Part shown: positions 1 to 8,396 of the stretch, piece by piece
How positions within the stretch are numbered: the stretch's first letter is position 1
Layout of the letters: each line of letters begins with the position of its first letter
Source: Candidatus Methylomirabilota bacterium
Lineage (GTDB): Bacteria > Methylomirabilota > Methylomirabilia > Methylomirabilales > CSP1-5
Assembly (NCBI GenBank): GCA_019456075.1
Contig: VRUN01000006.1
Location: forward strand, 1 to 41,372
DNA length: 41,372 nt
Reading direction: 5' to 3'
Position numbers and translations under genes: made by a program
Notes under the pieces: generated by a model
Told to the model about the DNA's origin: nothing
Seen by the model: only the letters and a program-made list of their open reading frames with translations
The model's database searches: none

Positions 1-644
1 AGGAATCCGAGGAGCGTGATGTGGTTCGGGGTGAGCGGGGTGTTTGCCATCCAGCGCATGACCGGGGAAAGGCAAAGCCGCGTCCATCGGATCATCCAGC
101 TATCCGTCGGTTTTCCCAAGGCCCGACACAAGGCCGTTGTCGCCTCCCCTGCTGTGGCGGTGGTCAGGTCGAGGCACACCGCGTTCCCGGATAGGTCCAC
201 TCCCTCGGCGGAGCTCTCGGAAGTGGGTGGGAGTGTGGGTGACCGTAATACCACTGGACATTCGGGGCCCTGTCCCCCGTTTACCTGGAGGGTTGCCCCT
301 GGGTGAAAGGCAGCTTTCATCTCGGTGAGCGCCGCTGGATTCAGCACGGTGCTGGCAGAGATAATGAAGCACGGAGAGGTCCCATTCTGTCGCAGGGCCT
401 GAGTCAGGTCGGCCTCGGAATCTCCAATCCAGCAGAGATCGCCCTGGAGTGGATATCCAGCCACCAGACGCTGCAGCCGGGGAGCGGCCTCTCCGGCGCA
501 GATGGTGACATGGTTGACCCCGGCCCGCTCCACACTGAGGAGGATCCGCGCGAGGAGGGGGACCCCGGCCAACCGCTTCGCAGCGAGCCCCCAGTCCCCA
601 TTTTCGGGAGGGAGGATAATGGCGCTTTTTCCGACGTGTTCCAT
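1..644 (-). CDS. CDP-alcohol phosphatidyltransferase family protein with degenerate N-terminal nucleotidyltransferase-like region (partial, runs off window start)
   Basis: Not in the ORF track. Manual translation from ATG at 644 (TGATG overlap with the hpnG stop) gives MEHVGKSAIILPP...LAGVPLLARILLSVERAGVNHV...ALGKPTDSWMIRW...MANTPLTPNHITLLGF, open to base 1. TPNxIT is typical of CDP-alcohol phosphotransferases. Confidence 0.75.
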   Translation of the reverse strand, partial: MEHVGKSAIILPPENGDWGLAAKRLAGVPLLARILLSVERAGVNHVTICAGEAAPRLQRLVAGYPLQGDLCWIGDSEADLTQALRQNGTSPCFIISASTVLNPAALTEMKAAFHPGATLQVNGGQGPECPVVLRSPTLPPTSESSAEGVDLSGNAVCLDLTTATAGEATTALCRALGKPTDSWMIRWTRLCLSPVMRWMANTPLTPNHITLLGF

Positions 645-1387
645 CACGTGTTCAACTCCTCCAGGAGGGCTTTTGTTCCCTGAGCGAGCTGGCGGGTGGC
701 AAGCCGGAGCTGGGAAGCGAGGCGGAGCATCCGAGGAATCCACGAAGGGTGCCGGAAGAGAGTGGCTGCGAGGGACACCGCCTTCAGGCGGCCGTCCTGG
801 TCCAGGAAGGACCTTGCTTCGGCTGCCCAGGGCTCGGCCGGCGTGTCTGAGACAACCCTGATCCCCAGGAACGGGACACTCTGGCGCCTCGCCGCCTCGG
901 CGAGGTAGGCGCTCTCCATGTCCACGGCCAAGATCTGCAGATCCGCCCGTCCCTCCAACCCTTCAGCCGGGGTGACGACTTCATCCACCGTGAGAATGGG
1001 ACCCACATGAAAGGGGAGACCGATAGTCTTGAGGGCGCGCGTTGCTGCCTCCAGGACGAGGGGCTCGGCGGGAAAAGAGTCGGTATTGCGCATGACATGG
1101 GACGCGACGACGACGTCCCCTAGATCAAGGCCGGGCCCCACTCCTCCACAGAAGCCTGCCGACAGGATGAGGGCGGGCTTGTCAAGGCGGACGAGAGCCC
1201 GGGCTGCTCCACGGGGGCCTATCCCCGCCTGAAGCAGGAGCACCCGATCCTCCTGGCCGCGGTACTCGATAACCTCCGCGTGCACCCCGTCCCTGCGGAG
1301 GCCAAGATGCTTGGCAATCGGGGTGGCCTCCCAAGGAAGGGCCACGACAATGGCCGCCGGGCCGGGAGCCAATTGGGAATTGCTCAC
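644..1387 (-). CDS. hpnG: Hopanoid-associated nucleoside phosphorylase (HpnG-like, PNP/UDP family)
   Basis: AGIG, SAGFCGG, GDVVVA, VDMESA and IRVVSD motifs; lies downstream of hpnH in a locus with shc. Confidence 0.75.
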   Translation of the reverse strand: MSNSQLAPGPAAIVVALPWEATPIAKHLGLRRDGVHAEVIEYRGQEDRVLLLQAGIGPRGAARALVRLDKPALILSAGFCGGVGPGLDLGDVVVASHVMRNTDSFPAEPLVLEAATRALKTIGLPFHVGPILTVDEVVTPAEGLEGRADLQILAVDMESAYLAEAARRQSVPFLGIRVVSDTPAEPWAAEARSFLDQDGRLKAVSLAATLFRHPSWIPRMLRLASQLRLATRQLAQGTKALLEELNT

Positions 1388-1495
1388 CTCACCGTCCTCC
1401 GACCACCCGGGATGTTCCGAGTGGCTCCCCGGGAACGCTCCCTAGAAATGGCGAGGCGCCGCGGCGAGGAATCACGGGCCCGGGCAATATCACTC

Positions 1496-1888
1496 CTAAA
1501 GATCCCCGCGTGCCTCCGCCTCGGCTCGAACCCGCTCTGCTTCGGCCCTGTGCAACGCCTCGCTCTTGGCGACCCAGCCCTCCCAGGATTTCCCAAAGGC
1601 GGTGTCTTCCCCCGTGAATTCGACGGCCACGATATCTGCGTACTGTATGACCGTGTTGCCGGAGGCTTTCTTAGGAAAAAATTGAACGTACGGCTCGGGC
1701 GCTTGCGCGTCGCGGTTGAAGACGTACCCTTCGATCGTCGTTCCGTCCTTGAGGTGGAAGGTGACATCGCCCCGATAATCAAAGGCTGCCTCGATCACCT
1801 CACACAACTCGCTGTGGTTCGCAGGACGGAAAGAGCGACCTTCCCACCGCGGTCTTTCGAATCCGTGGGCTTTCGTTTCCTGGGGCAT
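1496..1888 (-). CDS. Hypothetical protein (130 aa) with Sm-like beta pattern
   Basis: Protein-like composition (YRGDVTFHLKDGTTIEGYVFNRD); co-oriented between hpnH and hpnG, 15 nt after the hpnH stop. Confidence 0.7.
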   Translation of the reverse strand: MPQETKAHGFERPRWEGRSFRPANHSELCEVIEAAFDYRGDVTFHLKDGTTIEGYVFNRDAQAPEPYVQFFPKKASGNTVIQYADIVAVEFTGEDTAFGKSWEGWVAKSEALHRAEAERVRAEAEARGDL

Positions 1889-1903
1889 GAAGATGTATTC
1901 CTC

Positions 1904-2920
1904 TTACGATTTCGGAAGGAGCGTCAGCCTCACGGTCCGGGCAAATCCCGACCATGAACCGAAGGTGTCATCCACCGCGCTGGCTTCGTACCCGCAGTGG
2001 ACCATGCAGTCGGCGCACTTTTCGTTCCTACTCCCGGTGCCGTACCGGTCCCACTGGGTGGTCTCGATTAATTCCTTGAAGGTCGTCGTGTAGCCGTCCT
2101 GCAACAGATAGCAAGGCTTCTGCCATCCGAAGATGTTGTAAGTGGGATTTCCCCACGGGGTGCATTCGTAGTCTCGGATCCCCATAAGAAAATCGAGGAA
2201 CAAGGGAGACTGGTTAAAGTCCCAGTGCTTTTTGCGATCCCTGAGAATGGCCGCAAAGAGTTCCTTAATGCGGTTTCGCCGAAGGAAGTGCTCTTGGTCG
2301 GGGGCCTTCTGATAACTGTACCCCGGAGAGATCATCATCCCCTCGATCCCTAAATCCATCATCACGTCGAAGAATTTCCGGACCCTGTCGGGATCGGCAC
2401 CTTCGAACAGGGTGGTGTTGGTCGTGACGCGGAAGCCTCGCTCGATCGCTGCCTTGATTGCTCTGACCGCAATATCGTACACGCCGTCGCGGCACACGGC
2501 GATGTCGTGCTCTTCTTTGAGGCCGTCCATGTGGACGCTGAACGTCAGGTATTTGGAGGGTGGATACTCCGGAAGTTTCCGCTCCATCAGGAGGGCGTTG
2601 GTGCAGAGGTAGACGTACTTCTTGCGCTCGACCAACCCTCGAACAATCTCGGGCATCTCGGGATGGATCAGGGGCTCACCGCCGGGAATACTGACGATGG
2701 GTGCCCCACATTCATCGGCGGCGGCCCAACACTGTTCCGGTGTGAGGCGTTTCTGCAATACGTGTTCGGGGTATTGGATCTTTCCACAGCCTGCACAGGC
2801 CAGATTGCAGCGAAAGAGGGGCTCGAGCATGAGCACGAGGGGATAGTGTTTATTCCCCCGCAACTTTTGTCGAAGGACGTACGTTGTCACCGTGAGCGCC
2901 TGTGACAGAGGTATTGCCAT
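1904..2920 (-). CDS. hpnH: Adenosyl-hopene transferase, radical SAM protein HpnH
   Basis: [23 protein letters not shown] (CxxxCxxC), [12 protein letters not shown] and [11 protein letters not shown] are typical HpnH signatures. Confidence 0.95.
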   Translation of the reverse strand: MAIPLSQALTVTTYVLRQKLRGNKHYPLVLMLEPLFRCNLACAGCGKIQYPEHVLQKRLTPEQCWAAADECGAPIVSIPGGEPLIHPEMPEIVRGLVERKKYVYLCTNALLMERKLPEYPPSKYLTFSVHMDGLKEEHDIAVCRDGVYDIAVRAIKAAIERGFRVTTNTTLFEGADPDRVRKFFDVMMDLGIEGMMISPGYSYQKAPDQEHFLRRNRIKELFAAILRDRKKHWDFNQSPLFLDFLMGIRDYECTPWGNPTYNIFGWQKPCYLLQDGYTTTFKELIETTQWDRYGTGSRNEKCADCMVHCGYEASAVDDTFGSWSGFARTVRLTLLPKS

Positions 2921-2977
2921 GATGTTGGTCTTCCCTCCTTTGGCCCGCTTCTGTCCCGCTCAGGCCTGTCGAGGACC

Positions 2978-3001
2978 CTCGGGCTGAGCCCTGTCGAAGC
3001 C
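2978..3001. repeat. REP-like short intergenic element
   Basis: CTCGGGCTGAGCCCTGTCGAAGCC resembles the reverse complement of CTTCGGCGAGCTCAGTCGAGCC at 20049-20070 (shared CTGAGC-n2/3-GYCGAAG core). Confidence 0.4.
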
Positions 3002-3009
3002 CTCGTCGC

Positions 3010-3921
3010 CTATTCAGGGTCCTTCCAGACGACCTTCACGGGAAGAGACCCTTTGCTGTTCGGGGGCATGCCTCCTCCTACTACAACACCTTGCCAATGC
3101 TGAAGATTCCCCCCGGACGACCTCTGGCTGTCCCGCCACCGCGCCGCCATCGTGGCCGCCAGGAGGATAGTCACAGGGCAGTAGATGAAGAGACCGGCGA
3201 GGAACAGGGTCTTCTCTCCGATCAGCCACGTGACGGTGAGTGCAAACCCCAGGACCAGGTAATAGAGGATCGGCCCATACAAGGGGCGCAGGGGAAGGCG
3301 TACCGCCCACCGGGGTAATCCGCCCTTGACCCGGCGCTCGAGGAGCGCATAGAGGGTCATGATCACGCACCCCACCACCCCCCATCCCACAAAGTTGGAC
3401 ACCGGGACCCCAAAGTAGGCCCCAGGTTCGGGGTAGTAAAAGATTTGGCCCAGGAACCAGCGATCGCCCCGGACGGCGAGGGGGTCTACCACCACATCGA
3501 TCAAGACAAAGAGGACCACAGTGAGCAGGAGGACAGGCGGGCTCAATCGGCCACGGTGCGGAAGCGAGAGCGTCCACCGTCCCTTCCCCTCCACGCTCAC
3601 CGGGAGCAGCGCCAGGGAGGCGAGGGCCCAGCTCGCGTAAGCCAGGAAAACGAACGAAATGGAATCCATGAAGGGGACACCGGCGATCCAGAGCTCTTGG
3701 TCCGCGGTCGTGGGCAGGTAGTGGTACAGGCCGAAGGGGATTCCCACCCGGATAGAGAAGAATTCGGCGGTGAAGGCTACGCTCCACCCCACCAGAGTGA
3801 ATACAAGGGTCCGCCGCCATCCCATATCCGCGACGGCAGCGAAAAGATACAGGAAGAGAAAGATGAAGACGTACGGGCGCAAGACAATGGTCCCGACCAG
3901 TAGGGCAAGGAAAGAGTCCAT
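3010..3921 (-). CDS. CruF-like (DUF422, carotenoid biosynthesis family) multi-pass membrane protein
   Basis: GIPFGLYHY, IAGVPF, DVVVDPLA and YFGVPVSNFVGW motifs with several hydrophobic helices. Confidence 0.8.
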   Translation of the reverse strand: MDSFLALLVGTIVLRPYVFIFLFLYLFAAVADMGWRRTLVFTLVGWSVAFTAEFFSIRVGIPFGLYHYLPTTADQELWIAGVPFMDSISFVFLAYASWALASLALLPVSVEGKGRWTLSLPHRGRLSPPVLLLTVVLFVLIDVVVDPLAVRGDRWFLGQIFYYPEPGAYFGVPVSNFVGWGVVGCVIMTLYALLERRVKGGLPRWAVRLPLRPLYGPILYYLVLGFALTVTWLIGEKTLFLAGLFIYCPVTILLAATMAARWRDSQRSSGGNLQHWQGVVVGGGMPPNSKGSLPVKVVWKDPE

Positions 3922-3958
3922 CAGTATCCTCGTGAGATGGGGGTAAATGTAAGAAATT

Positions 3959-3987
3959 AGGCTATAGTGGTTTCAAGGATTTTGCAA
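3959..3987 (-). promoter_or_regulatory. Putative sigma70 promoter of the cruF-like/hpnH arm
   Basis: Minus strand TTGCAA-17 nt-TAGCCT in an AT-rich tract about 40 nt upstream of the 3921 start. Confidence 0.45.
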
Positions 3988-4133
3988 CGGAAAAATCCTC
4001 CGGGACGAGGGACGGCGTTCGGCTCGTCTTCGCCACCAATCATCCTCTGGAGGGGGACGTACGGAGGCCAATCCCAATGACGATATTCGCATTGGTGCCC
4101 GTGTTGCGGATCCGAAAATTCCACCGCTCATCC

Positions 4134-4163
4134 TTGACATATGGCGTATTTCTATACTACTTT
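4134..4163 (+). promoter_or_regulatory. Putative sigma70 promoter of the mlaE...shc arm
   Basis: TTGACA (4134-4139), 18 nt, TACTTT (4158-4163). Confidence 0.45.
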
Positions 4164-4266
4164 TCGTGATTGCGACCGCATCCCGTAGCAGGTAAGATGT
4201 GACCTCTTTGTCCGGAATCGGGCTAGTTCGTGCGGTGGAAGCTCACTCCTTTCGTGAGGGACGGCC

Positions 4267-5034
4267 ATAAGAATCCTGGGCCTCCTCGGCCGATGGACCT
4301 TGAATTCGCTCCGCGAAGGGGGCCGGATGGTGATCTTTCTGGGCTCTGCCCTCTTCTACACCTTTCTCCCTCCTCTCAAGTGGCGGCGCATGATCGCCCG
4401 GATCCACTTCATCGGGGCGAAGTCCCTCTTGGTGATCGTCGTCACGGGAGCCTTCACCGGGATGGTCCTCGGTTTGCAAGTGTTCTATACCTTGAGGAAG
4501 TTCGGGGCCGAGGGTTTCCTGGGGTCGGTGGTGGCCTTGACCCTGATCCGCGAGCTCGGCCCGGTCCTCTGCGCCTTGATGGTCACGGGGCGGGCCGGCT
4601 CCGCCTTGACGGCTGAGATCGGGATCATGCGCATCACCGAGCAGATCGATGCGCTGGACGCGATGGCGTTAAACCCGATGCGATACCTAGTCGTCCCGTC
4701 CATCCTGGCCGGCCTTATCGTGTTCCCGCTCCTCACGGCTATCTTCGATTTGGTGGGAATCTACGGGGGGTATCTCGTCGGTGTGAAGCTGTTAGGCGTC
4801 GCGGGGGGGACCTATTTTGGGGAGATGGAAACCTACGTGGACCTTCGAGACATCACCCAGGGTTTCCTCAAATCGCTGAGCTTCGGGCTGCTGATGACGT
4901 GGGTCTGCTGTTACAAGGGGTTCTATACCAGTCACGGGGCAGAGGGGGTGAGCCGGGCCACCACGCAAGCGGTGGTTCTGTCCTCGGTGTTGATCCTGGT
5001 CTGGGACTATTTTCTCGGTTCGGTACTTTTATAG
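4267..5034 (+). CDS. mlaE: MlaE family lipid ABC transporter permease (start uncertain: ATA 4267 or TTG 4300)
   Basis: RELGPVLCALMVTGRAGSALTAEIGIMRITEQIDAL and GAEGVSRATTQAVV motifs. In-frame stop at 4255-4257; SD-like GAGG precedes ATA 4267. Confidence 0.9.
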   Translation: MRILGLLGRWTLNSLREGGRMVIFLGSALFYTFLPPLKWRRMIARIHFIGAKSLLVIVVTGAFTGMVLGLQVFYTLRKFGAEGFLGSVVALTLIRELGPVLCALMVTGRAGSALTAEIGIMRITEQIDALDAMALNPMRYLVVPSILAGLIVFPLLTAIFDLVGIYGGYLVGVKLLGVAGGTYFGEMETYVDLRDITQGFLKSLSFGLLMTWVCCYKGFYTSHGAEGVSRATTQAVVLSSVLILVWDYFLGSVLL

Positions 5035-5046
5035 CTGCGGGGCGCA

Positions 5047-5793
5047 ATGGTCGAGATCCGCAACTTGCATAAGGCCTTCGAGGGGCAACAGGTTCTCCGG
5101 GGCGTGGACCTGCAGGTCGCGAAGGGGGAGATCCTGGTCATCATCGGGCGGAGTGGCGGAGGCAAGAGCGTCCTCCTGAAGCACCTGATGGGGCTGCTGA
5201 AGCCGGATGAGGGCCAGATTTTTATCGACGGCGTGGACATTACCCAGCTCCGAGGACGCGCGTTCGACCAACTCAGGGAGCGATTTGGCGTGGTCTTTCA
5301 GGGAGGGGCGCTCTTTGATTCGTTAACCGCTTTTGAGAACGTGGCCTTTCCGCTTCGGGAGAAGACCCGGCTACTCGAGGAGGCCATCCGGGAAAAGACC
5401 TTGACCCTTTTGAAACAGGTAGGCCTCGCAGATATGGGCCACAAGTATCCCGCCGAGGTGAGCGGAGGGATGAGGAAGCGGGTCGCACTGGCCCGCGCCC
5501 TGACCATGGAGCCGGAGATTATCCTGTTCGACGAACCGACAACCGGTCTCGATCCGATTATGGTTAATGCGATTCATCGGCTGATCCTCGATCTTCATCG
5601 GCGCATCGGTTTTACGGCTGTCCTGGTCAGCCACGAGATCCCCGAGATCTTCGGTCTTGCCGACCGCGTAGCAATGCTCCATCACGGGGTGGTGGTCGAG
5701 GCGGGGACTCCAGAGGCGATACAGTTTTCTGCCAATCCCGTGGTCCGACAGTTCATCACGGGTGATCCGGAGGGGCCGATCCAGCCGGACTGA
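5047..5793 (+). CDS. mlaF: MlaF family ABC transporter ATP-binding protein
   Basis: Walker A GRSGGGKS, VFQGGALFDSL, VSGGMRKRVALARAL, DEPTTGLDP, H-loop SHE. Confidence 0.93.
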   Translation: MVEIRNLHKAFEGQQVLRGVDLQVAKGEILVIIGRSGGGKSVLLKHLMGLLKPDEGQIFIDGVDITQLRGRAFDQLRERFGVVFQGGALFDSLTAFENVAFPLREKTRLLEEAIREKTLTLLKQVGLADMGHKYPAEVSGGMRKRVALARALTMEPEIILFDEPTTGLDPIMVNAIHRLILDLHRRIGFTAVLVSHEIPEIFGLADRVAMLHHGVVVEAGTPEAIQFSANPVVRQFITGDPEGPIQPD

Positions 5794-5805
5794 AGGGAGC
5801 GCGCA

Positions 5806-6246
5806 ATGAAACGAGGGGGTCTGGAAGTCGTGGTGGGTGTTTTCCTGCTCCTGGGTATCTTCGCACTCGGCTGGATCTCTATTCGGCTCGGCCAGATGCA
5901 GGTTTTGGGGGTGTCCGGATACACGGTGTACGCGGATTTTCCCACCGCTGGAGGGTTGAAAGAAGGGGCCAGTGTGGAGATCGCCGGGGTGAAGATCGGT
6001 CGGGTCGAGGGTATCTCATTGATCGATTACCAGGCGAGGGTCGCCATGCGCATCGACAGTGGGGTCGAACTGCAGGAGGATACGATCGCCTCCATCAAGA
6101 CAAAGGGGCTCATCGGTGAAAAGTATATGCGTCTGAGTCCCGGAGCATCCGATGAGATCATTTCCCCCGGAGGCAAAATCCGCGAGACCGAACCGCCTAT
6201 TGATCTCGAAGATCTTATCGGGAATATCATCTTTGGCAAATTTTAA
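5806..6246 (+). CDS. mlaD: MlaD MCE-domain protein
   Basis: N-terminal TM (EVVVGVFLLLG), GLKEGASVEIAGVKIGRV, IKTKGLIGEKY. Confidence 0.93.
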   Translation: MKRGGLEVVVGVFLLLGIFALGWISIRLGQMQVLGVSGYTVYADFPTAGGLKEGASVEIAGVKIGRVEGISLIDYQARVAMRIDSGVELQEDTIASIKTKGLIGEKYMRLSPGASDEIISPGGKIRETEPPIDLEDLIGNIIFGKF

Positions 6247-6283
6247 AGGCCGAGTAACCCTCACGCTGCCAAGGAGGAGTATT

Positions 6284-7678
6284 ATGGCCGCCTCCCTCGT
6301 GTCCGTCATCTGTGGTGTCCTGATCCTGCTGGCGCCTCTATCGGTAGGCGCTCAGGGTGAACCGCCCGGTGAACAAAAGAAGCTGGTCATCAGTGTGCAG
6401 GATGCCATCAAAGGTACGCTTGCCGTGGACAACAGAATTAAAGAGTCCCGCGCCGGCGTGGATGCAAGGCGCGCCCAGAAGTTACAGGCCGATTCCGCAC
6501 GGTGGGCGCAACTCGAGGCCAACCTTTTCGCGGGTCCGTCTCCCGAGTCGGAGCTGATCAGCTCTTCGGGCACCATCGTCTCCAAGACGAAGACGGGAGA
6601 CCTCAATATCAACGGTGTCTTCGGCCGGGCCCTGGTCCGCGTCGTCCAGCCGATATACACCTTCGGGAAGATCAGTTCCTTCCGGGAGGCGGCCGCCCGA
6701 GGTGTGCGGGTGAGTGAGGCGGCCGTGGATCAGACGGCCTCCGAAGTGACCCTGCAGGTCCAGCAGTTTTATTACGGGGCTCTGCTGGCCCGTGATATTC
6801 GAGAATTTCTCAAAGGCCTCCGGGAGGATCTTCAGAAGGCCCTGAAGACAGCTGAACGGCGTGTGGAAGCGGGGTCCCCTGCAGCCACCTTCAGTGATGT
6901 ATACCAGTTGCGGTCCTTCGTCGCGAGGATCGACAAGGGCATTGCCGATGCCCAGGAGGGGTACACGCTGGCCCTGGACGCGCTTCGCACAGCCCTCCAG
7001 CTCGAAGCGCGAGTGAAATTCGAATTGGCGGATAAAAAGTTGACACCTGGCAAGATGGATCTGAAGGGCATCGAATCTTATTTGCAAACCGCCAAGGAGC
7101 TCCGCCCGGAGTTCGTGCAGCTCAAGGAGGGGATCAAGGCCCGGGAGGCTCTGGTGCAGGCCGCCATTGCCGACCAGTATCCAGTCTTCTACGCCGCGCT
7201 CTTGGGTGATATTGCTGGGGCGAGCAATCGGGATCGGAGTCAGGTCCCGATCATTACCGATCCGCTGAAACACACCGTTGGCGGAGTGATCGTCGGACTC
7301 AATTGGCATTTCGACTTCGGGATCACGCAGGGGAGGATCGACGAGGCCCAAGCAGATAGAATGAAGCTTGTCCACATACAGGATTTTGCCGAGCAAGGGA
7401 TCCCTCTGCAGGTGCGGAAAGCATACGCGAATTTCCGGACTGCCCAAAAGAACATCGAGAACACGAGGCGGGCCTACCGGAATGCCCGGCGATGGCTGGT
7501 GACCGCCGTGGCGAACATCGACCTCGGGATTGGTGATACCACGTCGCTCACCCAGGCGTTCATTGCCTATACCGAGTTCCGGGTCGAAAACTTCCGCGCC
7601 GTCCACGATCAGCGCATCGCCCTCGCCAACCTGTCCTTTGCGACCGGGGAGGCCGTGAGGCAGTATCCGGCGCGATAG
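6284..7678 (+). CDS. TolC family outer membrane efflux protein
   Basis: AAGGAGGAG RBS before ATG 6284; signal peptide; repeated helical OEP pattern (QPIYTFGKI...VQQFYYG; ELRPE...YP; VRKAY). Confidence 0.8.
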   Translation: MAASLVSVICGVLILLAPLSVGAQGEPPGEQKKLVISVQDAIKGTLAVDNRIKESRAGVDARRAQKLQADSARWAQLEANLFAGPSPESELISSSGTIVSKTKTGDLNINGVFGRALVRVVQPIYTFGKISSFREAAARGVRVSEAAVDQTASEVTLQVQQFYYGALLARDIREFLKGLREDLQKALKTAERRVEAGSPAATFSDVYQLRSFVARIDKGIADAQEGYTLALDALRTALQLEARVKFELADKKLTPGKMDLKGIESYLQTAKELRPEFVQLKEGIKAREALVQAAIADQYPVFYAALLGDIAGASNRDRSQVPIITDPLKHTVGGVIVGLNWHFDFGITQGRIDEAQADRMKLVHIQDFAEQGIPLQVRKAYANFRTAQKNIENTRRAYRNARRWLVTAVANIDLGIGDTTSLTQAFIAYTEFRVENFRAVHDQRIALANLSFATGEAVRQYPAR

Positions 7679-7727
7679 GGAACGCGGGGGCGACCCGGGA
7701 GATGTGGGCTCGCCAGGGAGCGAAAAG

Positions 7728-8366
7728 ATGGGGCAGGTGATGCGGAAGACTTTGATCCTATGCGGGATAAGCCTTGTGGCCTTTTCGTCGTTGTCCATCG
7801 CCGATAATGGACCGACGGCCCAGGTAAAATCCACGATTGACAGGGTCCTGGAGATTTTGAAAGACCCGACGCTAAAGAACCCGAACATGGAGAAAGCGCG
7901 GGGGACACAGCTGAAAAAGGTCATCTTCGCCCGCTTCGACTTCCACGAGATGGCGAAACGCTCCTTAGGCGTGCATTGGCGCAAGCGGACTCTCCAGGAG
8001 CGGAAAGAGTTCGTGAAGCTCTATGCCGATCTGTTGGAGCTGTCCTACCGCAGGAAGATCGAACGCTATGTGGATGAGAAAATCCTGTATACGAAAGAGC
8101 AGGTGGATGAGAAGTTTGGGCTCGTCACCACAGAGATAGTGAGCGAGAAAGAGGATGTGGATATTCCCATTGAGTACAAAGTCATTCGCCGTGGCGACGA
8201 GTGGAAAGTCTATGACGTGGTGATCGACGGCATCAGCCTGGTGAGTAATTACCGGAACCAGTTCAACCGGATCATCCGACGATCCTCCTACGCGGAACTC
8301 GTGAAGAAAATGCGGATCAAGCAGGAGACCGAAGCGGAGGAAATCGACTCACCGCCAAAACGATAA
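7728..8366 (+). CDS. MlaC/HpnM (Ttg2D) family periplasmic lipid-binding protein
   Basis: Signal peptide; FDFHEMAKRSLGVHW and WKVYDVVIDGISLVSNYRNQF motifs. Confidence 0.9.
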   Translation: MGQVMRKTLILCGISLVAFSSLSIADNGPTAQVKSTIDRVLEILKDPTLKNPNMEKARGTQLKKVIFARFDFHEMAKRSLGVHWRKRTLQERKEFVKLYADLLELSYRRKIERYVDEKILYTKEQVDEKFGLVTTEIVSEKEDVDIPIEYKVIRRGDEWKVYDVVIDGISLVSNYRNQFNRIIRRSSYAELVKKMRIKQETEAEEIDSPPKR

Positions 8367-8396
8367 TTGGAGTCGCCGAGAGGTGCAATAGCGGTC

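Noticed and set aside
1280-1957. 225-aa plus-strand ORF
   Set aside because: Antisense to the 130-aa gene and to the ends of hpnG and hpnH.
6482-7984. 500-aa minus-strand ORF
   Set aside because: Antisense shadow of the TolC/MlaC genes with no recognisable motifs; expected in GC-rich DNA.
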